Virus record (IMG/VR): IMGVR_UViG_3300020371_000004
Location: 1 to 64,000 of that record
Direction: 5' to 3' (one strand)
DNA: 64,000 nucleotides
Origin: a virus
The notes under the pieces were generated by a model that was given only the letters and a program-made list of their open reading frames with translations, was not told where the DNA came from and did no database searches. This document shows positions 39,510 through 49,300 of the stretch, piece after piece. The first letter of the stretch is position 1; each line of letters starts with the position of its first letter. A program made the translations under genes and the position numbers.

Positions 39510-42431
39510 ATGGCAAATAAAGGATTTGGTGCAGAGAAAATTAATCTAATCGGTGGTGGGACTCCTAATATTAGTAGTCCTAACGACTTGAATTTAACTG
39601 CAGATAATGTTGCAATCAGCACCAATGCATCTATCGGTGGTAATTTGACTGTTTCTGGTGGACTTACATTACCGAGTGGTATTGTAACTGCTACTGGACA
39701 CTATGGTCCAATTTACATTGAAGAAAGTTCAGATGATGACGTATTTTATGATATACCTTTTCTAAATTCTACTGGTTCTGCAAATAATTATAGGCAGTTA
39801 CAAATTGACGCAGGTCAATTGCAATTTAATGCATCAGATAATTCACTAAGATTATATGGTGCAATGTATGCCAGTAGAGGATTTTCAATTGGTATTCAGT
39901 CTGCTGGAACAACCATTGTCAATCAAGGAAGTCAATATGTTGAAGGCATAAACTTTGCTGGTGCAGGAAATACTATTACATATAATAGCTCTTCAAGGTA
40001 TGTAACAGTAGAAATTGCAGGTAGTAGTGGTGGGGCAGGTGTTGGTACAAATACTAATATAAACACAACTGGTATTATTACTGCTGCTGCATTTAACAGT
40101 CCCTACTACAACTCTGGAGTGCCCTACATTGGTGTGGGTGCAGGGGCAACTCAAATTGAATTCCAAGCACCAAATGTTGCCATAACAACTGACATGACTG
40201 TTGGTGGTGCTATTAATGCTGCTGGTGCAGTTTTTAGTGGTATTGCTACAGGAACTTTTGTTGGTGATGGTTCTGGTCTAATTGGACTTGCTGGTATTGG
40301 TTCTGGTATCCAGGTTATGGATAATGGAACCCTTGTAGGTATGGCTCAGACCATTGATTTTGGTACTGATCTAACTGTATCAAATATTTCTGCTGGTATT
40401 GTAACTGTTAGCAATGCAATCAATCTTGTAGGAATTGATACTGTTGGTGTATCCATATTCAATCATATTGATGCCTCAGGTATTGTAACTGCAACATCTT
40501 TTGATACTATTGGTGGTGTTGGTCAATCACCAGTCATTAATTCTGGTATATACACCACTCTTACACTAAATTCACCTACTGTTGCAATCAGTACTGATAT
40601 GACGGTTGGTGGAAACCTAACCGTAACAGGAACAATTAATGGAAGTAATCTAGGAGGAACTCTAGCACCAGATGGAATTAACATGCTGGGGCAGAAGTAT
40701 ATTACTTTCTATAAAGATAATAGTACTGCATTCTCAAGTCACAACTCTGAAATGTATGGTACTTCCTATGGAACTACCATTTGGAGAGAATATGCTACTG
40801 CTGCTGGTGACGGTATTAGAATTGGAACTAAAGAATTAACCATAGAGCCCCAAAATCTATATGGGCATATGGCAAAGTTCACTCAAAATGGACCAGTGTA
40901 CTTAAGTTGGGGTGGTCATATAGGAGAGGGAACTGAACATAAACATAAATTTGCAACTAGTGGAATTGGTGTTTCTGTTCTATACACGAACGGTACATAT
41001 GGTCATATGGATGTTCGTGACATCAATGCAACTGGTGTCGTTACTGCAACATCTTTTACTGGTGACGGTTCTGGACTGACTGGAGTTACTGCAACTGGTT
41101 CTGGTATTGTTGTTAAAAATAGTGGAGCATTAGTAGGTACAGCAGCAACAGTTGATTTCGGAACTAATCTTTCTGTATCCGCAGTTTCTGCTGGTGTTGT
41201 AACTGTGACTGCTAGTGGTTCTGGTGGTGGTGGAAGTACAGCAGGAATTGATACTGCTGGAGTTTCACACTTCAATCACATTAATGCAGTTGGTGTTATT
41301 ACAGCAAATACATTTGCAAGTTATGCTGGTGGTGCATCTTCTATTACTAGTCCTGGTGCCTTAACTATTGCTGCACCTCATGTTGCTATTACAACCTCAG
41401 TAAGTATCGGTGGTACAGCAAGTATTGGTGATACTCTCTCAATGTTTGATGATGATTTAAAAATCTTCAAAAATAACAGTAGTGGAAACGTTGTAATTCA
41501 AGAACTTAGTGGCGGAAGTCTTAATATTAATGCTAATGACTTACAACTAAAAGATTATCTTGGTCAAGAGAATAAAGCAAGATTTATAACAAATGGTGCA
41601 GTAGAACTGTATTATGATAACTCTCTTAAATTTGAAACTACTGGATTTGGTGTAACCATTTATGGTAGCACCATGATATCTAATTCTCTTGATGTTGGTG
41701 ATACCAATGTCTCTGGTGATTTAAATGTAACTGGTGATGTTACTTCTGCTCGATTCATTGGTGATGGTTCTGGTCTGACAGGTGTTGTTGGTTCTGGTTC
41801 TGGTGTAATCGTTCAGGATGGTGGATCGATTGTTGGTACTGCAGGTACAATTAACTTTGGTACAAACCTAAGTGTTTCTGCAATTTCTGCTGGTGTTGTA
41901 ACTGTTACTGCTAGTGGTTCTGGTGGTGGTGGAACCACACAGAACCTCTTTGAATCCATTGCAGTTTCTGGTCAGAGTAATGTAACTGCTGATAGTGCAA
42001 CTGATGTACTGACATTCGTTGCTGGTAGTAACATGACTATCACAACAAATGCAGCAACTGATACTATCACCTTTAACTCCACTGGAGGTGGAGGAGGTGG
42101 TGGAGGAGGCACAAGTGGGGTATATTCATGGGATGCTGCTTCTTTAACTCTAGAGAATGTTGACACAGTAAACCTTTCTACTGATAGTTTCAGGGGTGCT
42201 GAGTATCATATTCATATTGAGCACTCTCAAGGAATACAATCTCAGAAAGTTCTAATCATGCAGGATGGAACTAATGCATATGCTAATGAATTTGCAATTA
42301 TGCATGATAACAATTTGCTTGTTTCTATTGGTGCATCAGTTAGTGGAGGCAATTTCTACTTAAATGCTACACCAGAATCTGGTGTAACTGGTGTTACAAC
42401 TCTCAGATATCTTAAGACTATCATTAGTTGA
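39510..42431 (+). CDS. tail fibre-like protein B with internal repeats
   Basis: Three F.GDGSGL.G..G.GSG......G..VG.A.T.(D/N)FGT.L.VS..SAG.VTV repeats; four VAI(S/T)T...(I/V)GG repeats; Gly linkers. Confidence 0.75.
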   Translation: MANKGFGAEKINLIGGGTPNISSPNDLNLTADNVAISTNASIGGNLTVSGGLTLPSGIVTATGHYGPIYIEESSDDDVFYDIPFLNSTGSANNYRQLQIDAGQLQFNASDNSLRLYGAMYASRGFSIGIQSAGTTIVNQGSQYVEGINFAGAGNTITYNSSSRYVTVEIAGSSGGAGVGTNTNINTTGIITAAAFNSPYYNSGVPYIGVGAGATQIEFQAPNVAITTDMTVGGAINAAGAVFSGIATGTFVGDGSGLIGLAGIGSGIQVMDNGTLVGMAQTIDFGTDLTVSNISAGIVTVSNAINLVGIDTVGVSIFNHIDASGIVTATSFDTIGGVGQSPVINSGIYTTLTLNSPTVAISTDMTVGGNLTVTGTINGSNLGGTLAPDGINMLGQKYITFYKDNSTAFSSHNSEMYGTSYGTTIWREYATAAGDGIRIGTKELTIEPQNLYGHMAKFTQNGPVYLSWGGHIGEGTEHKHKFATSGIGVSVLYTNGTYGHMDVRDINATGVVTATSFTGDGSGLTGVTATGSGIVVKNSGALVGTAATVDFGTNLSVSAVSAGVVTVTASGSGGGGSTAGIDTAGVSHFNHINAVGVITANTFASYAGGASSITSPGALTIAAPHVAITTSVSIGGTASIGDTLSMFDDDLKIFKNNSSGNVVIQELSGGSLNINANDLQLKDYLGQENKARFITNGAVELYYDNSLKFETTGFGVTIYGSTMISNSLDVGDTNVSGDLNVTGDVTSARFIGDGSGLTGVVGSGSGVIVQDGGSIVGTAGTINFGTNLSVSAISAGVVTVTASGSGGGGTTQNLFESIAVSGQSNVTADSATDVLTFVAGSNMTITTNAATDTITFNSTGGGGGGGGGTSGVYSWDAASLTLENVDTVNLSTDSFRGAEYHIHIEHSQGIQSQKVLIMQDGTNAYANEFAIMHDNNLLVSIGASVSGGNFYLNATPESGVTGVTTLRYLKTIIS

Positions 42432-42446
42432 ATAGGAGAATAGTAA

Positions 42447-45437
42447 ATGAACGTACCATCTTCAACAGAAAAGAACGTATACACTGTCGGTTGTGAGACA
42501 GAAGAAGATTGGATTTATATTCGTGATGCTTTACTTGACGAAAATTGGTTAGATGATGAAGAAATACCAACTGAAGCATGTGAGTGTGTAAGTGATAAAA
42601 AAGTAGGACACACTAGAGGCATCTTTATGTTGACAGATGCCGAAGCAGAGCAACTTAAACAGCATCCTAAGGTTGAGTATGCTCATCATGATAGTTCTTA
42701 TTACCAAGATTATTATAGACCACCTCTTGAGGAAAGATACTTTGGTTTAGATTATGGTCAAAAGTATCAGTGGAGATGGGAAAACAGAGTATTAATTGAA
42801 AGAGCAAATCAGTCTCAATCAAATTTCTATCCAGATCATAAAACACCACGTCAAATCAACAAAGCTGGTTGGGAATTAGCTCGTCCAGCAGCAAAAAGAG
42901 ACCTTTGGCATTATCTTAAAGAGGCTAATGGTTTAAGTGGTGATGTAACTGCATATTCTATCAGTGCTAGATTGGCAAGAACAACAACTGGTGAAGATGT
43001 TGATATGATTGCCTGTGATACAGGAACTTGGTGTAGTCATCCAGAATTTATCAATAATCTTCCTGGTGTTGAGTATCCAAGAAATTATAAAGGTGGTAAT
43101 GCTTTAGACCCTAATGGTGGTTCTGCAGTTCTAGACTTATTTTTACATGGTCCATACTATATTGACCCAGAATGGTTTGATGCTGACCCAGCAGATAGAT
43201 TAACAGTAAGATGGGATGGGACTGTAATTCCGATAAGATACTGGGCTCAGAAATGGTGGTCTGATAGTGACAGTCGTTCTCCTCAATTTAACAATGTTGA
43301 TGAAGTTAGCATTGGTTATAGTTACTATGAACAATGGTCTATCGGTGATTTATATGGTAATGGTGGTGCAAGTTCTCATGGTACTTCAGTTGCCTCTCAG
43401 ATGTATGGAAGAACTCATGGATGGGCATATAATGCCAATAAATGGGCAATAAGAACAGATATAACTTCATTTGATGATATGTTTGATGCGATAACTATAT
43501 TTCATCAAAATAAACCAGTAAACCCAAAGCACGGAAATAGAAACCCAACAATATGTAATCATAGTTGGGGTTATGTTAATCCCGAAATGGGTGGTGGATA
43601 TCAGTATAGAAGTGGACACCACTGGTTTAGACCAAGTAGTGCAACTGTTACTACTACTGCTACTGAATGGTCTATTGCTCCCTCACCAACATCTTGGTAC
43701 ACTGCAGTTCAGCCAAACCATTCACAAAATGCAAAAGAACAGTGGTTTAGGTATCTTGGTTATTATGGATACGGTTCTACATTCCCATGTGAACTACTTT
43801 CCCATGGTGATTTAACTGCTTCCACAAATTGTTTTAATTCTGGAGTTATTCATGTTGTTGCTCCAGGAAATTCAAACCAGAAAATGGTATTTTCTGACCA
43901 TGAAGATTATAACAATCATTTTGCTCCAAATCGAGATGATGCAACTAGATCATTTAATAGTAACACACTTACACTCAGTGGTAAGACTTATTATAGGTCA
44001 ACGAACAGAATAGGTTATCCTGGTCAATCTGGTAGGTATTATGATGAAGGAAAGTATAAGTACAAAGCACTAATTGTTGGTGCTCTTTCTGATATGTGGG
44101 GGACTGATAATGGAGTCTATAAAGAGTTTAAAGTAGACTATAGCAACATGGGTGAAGTTGTTGATTGCTACTGTGCTGCACATGACACACAGGCAGCAAC
44201 CAATAAGGAGTTTGGTGATAATAGTAGTTGGAGAAGAGCAGATAATGAAGCTTTCTATGAATTATATAATGTTGGTGCTGCATCTACTTATACCTCAAGT
44301 TCGTATATAAGTGGTTTCAAGGCATATACAGATACAGCAACCAATAGAGGTGGTGACCCAAATGCAAATAAGTATTGGGGTCTCAGTAGTCCAAATGATT
44401 GGCCTGATGTTTTAGGTCAAGGTCGTCAAAACCATGGAAGTAGTAGAGTTGTAGTTGGTCCCAACTCTTGCGGTAGAGGATTGGGAAGACCCGAAACAAT
44501 TTTATTTAAATCAAATACAGGTCATCGTTTTGCAACTGGTGGTAGTCTTAATTACCCAACAGTAACTTACACTGGAATTGCCGCAACTTTCCGTGGTCGT
44601 GTTGGTATTCAAACTACAGAACCAGAACCAGCAACAAACTATTCAACTCTTGCTGATTGGAGATGTTATAGATGCGATCTACCATTTACTTTTGATTATT
44701 GTGGTGTTACTACCAATAGAGTTGGAATTTCTCCATGGGGAGTTCTTGAAATTGGTGGTGAAGGTTCACATAGTAAGACTAGTACCGAGGTTTCTTGGAT
44801 ACACCATGGTGGAGTTCCAAAGTGGGGACAGATTGCCCTTAATCATGGGCATGTAAGTCCTTATGTAGGTATTCGTACAGAGGTTTTAGGAGTAGCTCCA
44901 AATAGACAATTCTGGGTTAGATATGAGTCTAAAGATGGCAGTGGACATACCAGTGGTGATATGGACACTGTATGGGAGGCAGTTTTTACTGAAAATTCTG
45001 GTGTAGTAGACTTCCATGTAGAAACTAATACTCACATAGGGGAGACTACCCAGACTGTAGATAACGACTACTTCCATGATGATTGGTTTAGTGGAACAAG
45101 TTCTGCTGCACCTATTGCTTGCGGTATCGTTGGAACTAAATTGGAAGTTAATAGAACATGGGATTATGCTGATGTGAAGAACTGGGTTACTACAAAAGTT
45201 GGTATTTCAAGTAGTGATGAGTTTTATTATGGTGATGAAGCACCAAGTGGAACTAATGCACGCAATGATATTTCTTGGGGAACGGTAACCAGTCTTCATG
45301 GAGGTAGTCCAATTATATTATGGAATGCACCAACTGACAATGACCCACCTATTGAAAATCAATTACAGATTGATATTGGTAGTAATTTAACCATTGAAGG
45401 TGGAACCAACAACTTAAATATTAAATACGAACAATAA
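42447..45437 (+). CDS. subtilisin-like serine protease 3 (peptidase S8) with a ~270-aa insertion before the catalytic Ser
   Basis: VDMIACDTG, SSHGTSVAS, VVAPGNS, FSGTSSAAPIACG; AGGAGA RBS. Confidence 0.85.
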   Translation: MNVPSSTEKNVYTVGCETEEDWIYIRDALLDENWLDDEEIPTEACECVSDKKVGHTRGIFMLTDAEAEQLKQHPKVEYAHHDSSYYQDYYRPPLEERYFGLDYGQKYQWRWENRVLIERANQSQSNFYPDHKTPRQINKAGWELARPAAKRDLWHYLKEANGLSGDVTAYSISARLARTTTGEDVDMIACDTGTWCSHPEFINNLPGVEYPRNYKGGNALDPNGGSAVLDLFLHGPYYIDPEWFDADPADRLTVRWDGTVIPIRYWAQKWWSDSDSRSPQFNNVDEVSIGYSYYEQWSIGDLYGNGGASSHGTSVASQMYGRTHGWAYNANKWAIRTDITSFDDMFDAITIFHQNKPVNPKHGNRNPTICNHSWGYVNPEMGGGYQYRSGHHWFRPSSATVTTTATEWSIAPSPTSWYTAVQPNHSQNAKEQWFRYLGYYGYGSTFPCELLSHGDLTASTNCFNSGVIHVVAPGNSNQKMVFSDHEDYNNHFAPNRDDATRSFNSNTLTLSGKTYYRSTNRIGYPGQSGRYYDEGKYKYKALIVGALSDMWGTDNGVYKEFKVDYSNMGEVVDCYCAAHDTQAATNKEFGDNSSWRRADNEAFYELYNVGAASTYTSSSYISGFKAYTDTATNRGGDPNANKYWGLSSPNDWPDVLGQGRQNHGSSRVVVGPNSCGRGLGRPETILFKSNTGHRFATGGSLNYPTVTYTGIAATFRGRVGIQTTEPEPATNYSTLADWRCYRCDLPFTFDYCGVTTNRVGISPWGVLEIGGEGSHSKTSTEVSWIHHGGVPKWGQIALNHGHVSPYVGIRTEVLGVAPNRQFWVRYESKDGSGHTSGDMDTVWEAVFTENSGVVDFHVETNTHIGETTQTVDNDYFHDDWFSGTSSAAPIACGIVGTKLEVNRTWDYADVKNWVTTKVGISSSDEFYYGDEAPSGTNARNDISWGTVTSLHGGSPIILWNAPTDNDPPIENQLQIDIGSNLTIEGGTNNLNIKYEQ

Positions 45438-45440
45438 ATA
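45435..45440 (+). promoter_or_regulatory. late promoter
   Basis: (A)TAAATA overlapping the stop codon. Confidence 0.6.
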
Positions 45441-45457
45441 GTTAAAAGACTCAAACA

Positions 45458-46183
45458 ATGGCTAATAAAAGTTTTTCCGTTAGAGAATTTGAGATTGTTG
45501 GAAATTCTGGCAATTCTAAATTAACATCTACCGAGTATATTGAACTTAATACACCTAGAGTTGCTATTAGCACTGACTTAACTGTTGGTGGAACAGTGAG
45601 GAGTGATATAAGTCTTCCAGGACATAGTTTAACTGCTCTTCAGGCAAACATAACAGGGGTTACAACCATGTCCTCTGTCAGTGTTGTTGGTGTATGTACG
45701 GCAGCATCTTTCTCTGGTTCTGGAGTAGGTTTAACTGCGTTATCTGCACCGCAACTTACTGGTTCTTTACCTGCACTAGATGCATCATCACTTACCAATA
45801 CTGTTGGAACTATCACTGCTGGAGCAGGAGTAACAATAAATCAAGGGACGGGAACAGTACATGTATCCCAAGGAATTACTTATGTTGTTGGTGGTAACAC
45901 TAGTGGATATACAATGGTTGGTCCAGGTGTTTTGCAGACATCTTTAAATCCAACCATTTATTTACATAGAGGATTTGTATATATTTTTAACAATACCACT
46001 GGTTCAGGTCACCCATTCCGTATTCAATATACTGGTACAACAACTGGATACGGTAGCACATGGGTAACTGGAAATACAGCAGGGACTCAGATGTTTGTTG
46101 TTCCTCATGATGCTCCAAGCACTCTTGAATATCAATGTACTATCCACCCTGGAATGAAAGGGACATTTGTTATACCTTCTTGA
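45458..46183 (+). CDS. short fibre-like protein with a C-terminal cupredoxin-like domain
   Basis: N-terminus homologous to ORF 39510 (MANK.F, VAISTDLTVGG); C-terminal GHPFRI..YQCTIHPGMKGTF. Confidence 0.7.
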   Translation: MANKSFSVREFEIVGNSGNSKLTSTEYIELNTPRVAISTDLTVGGTVRSDISLPGHSLTALQANITGVTTMSSVSVVGVCTAASFSGSGVGLTALSAPQLTGSLPALDASSLTNTVGTITAGAGVTINQGTGTVHVSQGITYVVGGNTSGYTMVGPGVLQTSLNPTIYLHRGFVYIFNNTTGSGHPFRIQYTGTTTGYGSTWVTGNTAGTQMFVVPHDAPSTLEYQCTIHPGMKGTFVIPS

Positions 46184-46209
46184 CAAGACTATTCATATAT
46201 GATTATAAT
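46180..46209 (+). promoter_or_regulatory. consensus sigma70 promoter inside the late region
   Basis: TTGACA 46180-46185, 18-nt spacer, TATAAT 46204-46209. Confidence 0.6.
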
Positions 46210-46266
46210 GAGTCTGTGGACGGTCAAGGGTTACTTATATCTTTAAATACTAGATTCTAACTAACC

Positions 46267-46272
46267 TAAATA
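46267..46272 (+). promoter_or_regulatory. late promoter
   Basis: (C)TAAATA 11 nt upstream of the structured leader. Confidence 0.55.
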
Positions 46273-46283
46273 GTCAAATATGG

Positions 46284-46389
46284 AAGGTTTCTAGTGACTT
46301 GTAAGGAAATAAAAGTTACTAAGAATATTCAGGGTGTTGCGAGTATGCCCTGTCTAGAAACCTTTGTACGCATTAGAGAGAGGATGCGT
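46284..46389 (+). ncRNA. putative structured 5' leader RNA (multi-stem junction plus RBS hairpin)
   Basis: Perfect 11-bp stem AAGGTTTCTAG 46284-94 / CTAGAAACCTT 46354-64 enclosing two hairpins; then ACGCAT/ATGCGT hairpin with GAGAGG in its loop. Confidence 0.55.
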
Positions 46390-46394
46390 TAAGT

Positions 46395-49300
46395 ATGGCT
46401 CTCTTTCAATACAACTTAGGCAGTGAAATTCCGTTTAGTAGTATTGATTATGGATTTATTAATGAAACACCTACAACCCCATCGGAAGACCACGGAGATT
46501 TAGCAGTAGTTGCTCAGACGACTATTGCTCCAGATGATATTGTCTCCACATATAGTGGTAGTCTTAGCACCGTAACTATTACTAATACTGGAAGTGGTGT
46601 TGGTGAGTTTGGTGGATTTAATGTAGCAAGACATATTAAGTTTACTGGAGCTGGTACAAGAGCATTTACTTTTGCATTTGATACAAGTAATCGTGAAGAG
46701 ATAACATTTTCAGTTATTCGTGGCACTGATTCAAATGGTGGTGAACTTCCTGATAGTGGTGAAGACCTTCTATTTGAATATTCAACTAATGGTGGAAGCA
46801 CTTGGACTGGAACCCAAGTTTTAGCTGCATACAATGATACTGCATTTAATAATTTAAATGATGTTACTGTAACACTACCTACAGCAGCAAGAGTATCTAA
46901 TGCACAGTTTAGAATTAGACAAGCAAGTAATAGTGGTTCTAATTATGATCAATGGGGTGTAACTGCAGTTACTATTGGTGGTGAGATACTTACTACTGAA
47001 GATTATGGATTCTTAACACCTGCAAGGCAGACTGTTCCATACGGTAGACTCAAGATTGTTCAAGAGTTTGCTGACGACAGACTACTCAGGAATAGTGTTG
47101 GTGGTATTGAATTTACCCTTGGTGGTAAAGCAAATATCTTTACTCTACCAATTCATGTTGGTAGAGGATTCTTGCGTCTTGATGGCAAGGAGTTCACAAG
47201 AATTACTCTGCGTTACATCGGAAGTGGCACATTCAGCCACTTCGGTGGATCTGCAGAGGCAGTATCGAATGCAACACCAGCACAAACACCACTCTTCACG
47301 GTTGCTGGTGTTGCTACCGAAAAATTTGGAAAAGGAAATTATACAGCAACAGGTCAGTTCTCCGCATTCACGGGTGCCGCAGAGGTCGTATCCATCAGTG
47401 GAGCAACAAGACAAGACCTATTCAGAATTAGAGGTGCAGCACACGATACTCACACAGAGAATTACGTTGGTGAGGGTAGACTATTTGCTGTACAAGGTGC
47501 TTCAGAAGCATTTAAAGTCGAAGAGAAGGCAAGTGGTCTATTCTCCTTTAAAGGCACCTCCAAAGAAACTATACAATCAAATAACGTTGTATCTGTTGAG
47601 ACTCAGATATCTGGTTCTGGTTCAGAGTCAATTACACCTGCGGTACGACCAGGTTCTGGAGAGGCAACGTTTAGTGGTGCAATTACAAATGAGCATGTAA
47701 GGTTCCATCAATTTGGTACTGGTACATTATCTTCCTTCAGTGGAACTGCAGAAACAAGCAACAGAGTTGTATTCAGTTACAATGAAAGTTCTGTTGTTAA
47801 TGCAGAAACTCTTGATTATGGACTTATTACTGAAGGATTTGCGGATGAACCAATCAGTAATTACGCAAATGTACCAATTAGTACACTTGCAAATGAAGTA
47901 GTATCTGAGTTTGGAAGATATCCAAATAGAGAGGAATTTGGTCATATTTCTATTGACCCAGAGCAATCTATTCATACTCCTGGATATAACCATGTTGATT
48001 ATGGTTATATTAATACCACCAATAGATTCCCATTCGGTAAGTTCCAATCTGAAGATGGTGGAGACTTAACTTATGAGTCTGCACAAATTGGAATCAGAGT
48101 CAGACCCATTACACCTGGTCCAACACTCCGACTTGAAGGTACTGCAGGTATCTTTACACTACCAATTCATAAAGGTGAAGGATACTTCAGATTTGAAGGT
48201 AAGTCTGTTGTTAGAATTAGAGCAGTCTACTACGGATCTGGTAAGTTCAGTAACTTCGGTGGTAGTGCTGAAGCAACTTCAAATGCTGATTCTGGAAGGA
48301 AGATTCTCTTCAGAGTTGCTGGTGATGCACATGCTGTTGTGCGTTTTGTTTATATTGGAGAAGGTTCTCTCTTTACATTTGTTTCCAAGACAGAATCCAC
48401 TTCAGTCACAGAAAAACCACAAGCTCTTTACAAGTTTACTGGTTCTGCAGTCGAAAAGAATACCGAGAACTATGTTGGTACAGGTTCTCTATTTACATTT
48501 GTTTCTTCTACAGATTCTACTGTTATCAACAGTGCAGCATCTGGTCTCTTTACCTTCAAGGGTTCGGGTATCGAGAAGAATACAGAGAACTATGTTGGTC
48601 AAGGTTCTTTGTTTACATTTGTTTCCAAGTCGGAAGCAACTGTTGTTCAGTCTGTCGCACAAACACTATTCAGATTTACAGGTGCGATTACAAACGAGCA
48701 TGTAAGATTCCACCAGTTTGGTACTGGAACATTCTCTGCCTTCAGTGGAACTGCATATCACGAAAGAGTTGCATTCGATTATAATGAAGACTCTATTGTT
48801 AATGTCAGACATGATAATTATGGATTAATTACTGAAGGTAGTGCTGACCAACCAATTTCCGACTTTGCTAACGACCCAATTAGTCTTTACGCTAATGAGC
48901 AAGTCTCCGAGTTTGGTAGATTTGCGAATAGAGAGGACTTTGGTCACATTTCTATTGACCCAGAGCAATCTATCAACACTCATGGTCATCGTCATGATGA
49001 TTATGGTTACATTAATACCACCAATAGATTCCCATTCGGTGGATTCACCTTTGAAGATGAAAATGAAGGTGTTGATACTGCAGGAATTAGATTCCAACTC
49101 AGAGCACCTACATCAGGTACTGAACTTAGACTTCAGGGTCAAGCTGAAATTTATGTACTCCCAGTACACATCGGTGGTGGTATCACCAGATTTGCTGGAG
49201 ATGCAACTATCAGAATCAGAGCCGTCTACTACGGATCTGGTAAGTTTAGTAACTTCGGTGGTAGTGCCGAGGCAATTTCCAATGTTGACTCTGGAAGACA

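Noticed and set aside
45458-46183. Plastocyanin (petE) auxiliary metabolic gene
   Set aside because: No signal peptide, fused to a fibre shaft and under a late promoter; only the copper-ligand pattern is shared
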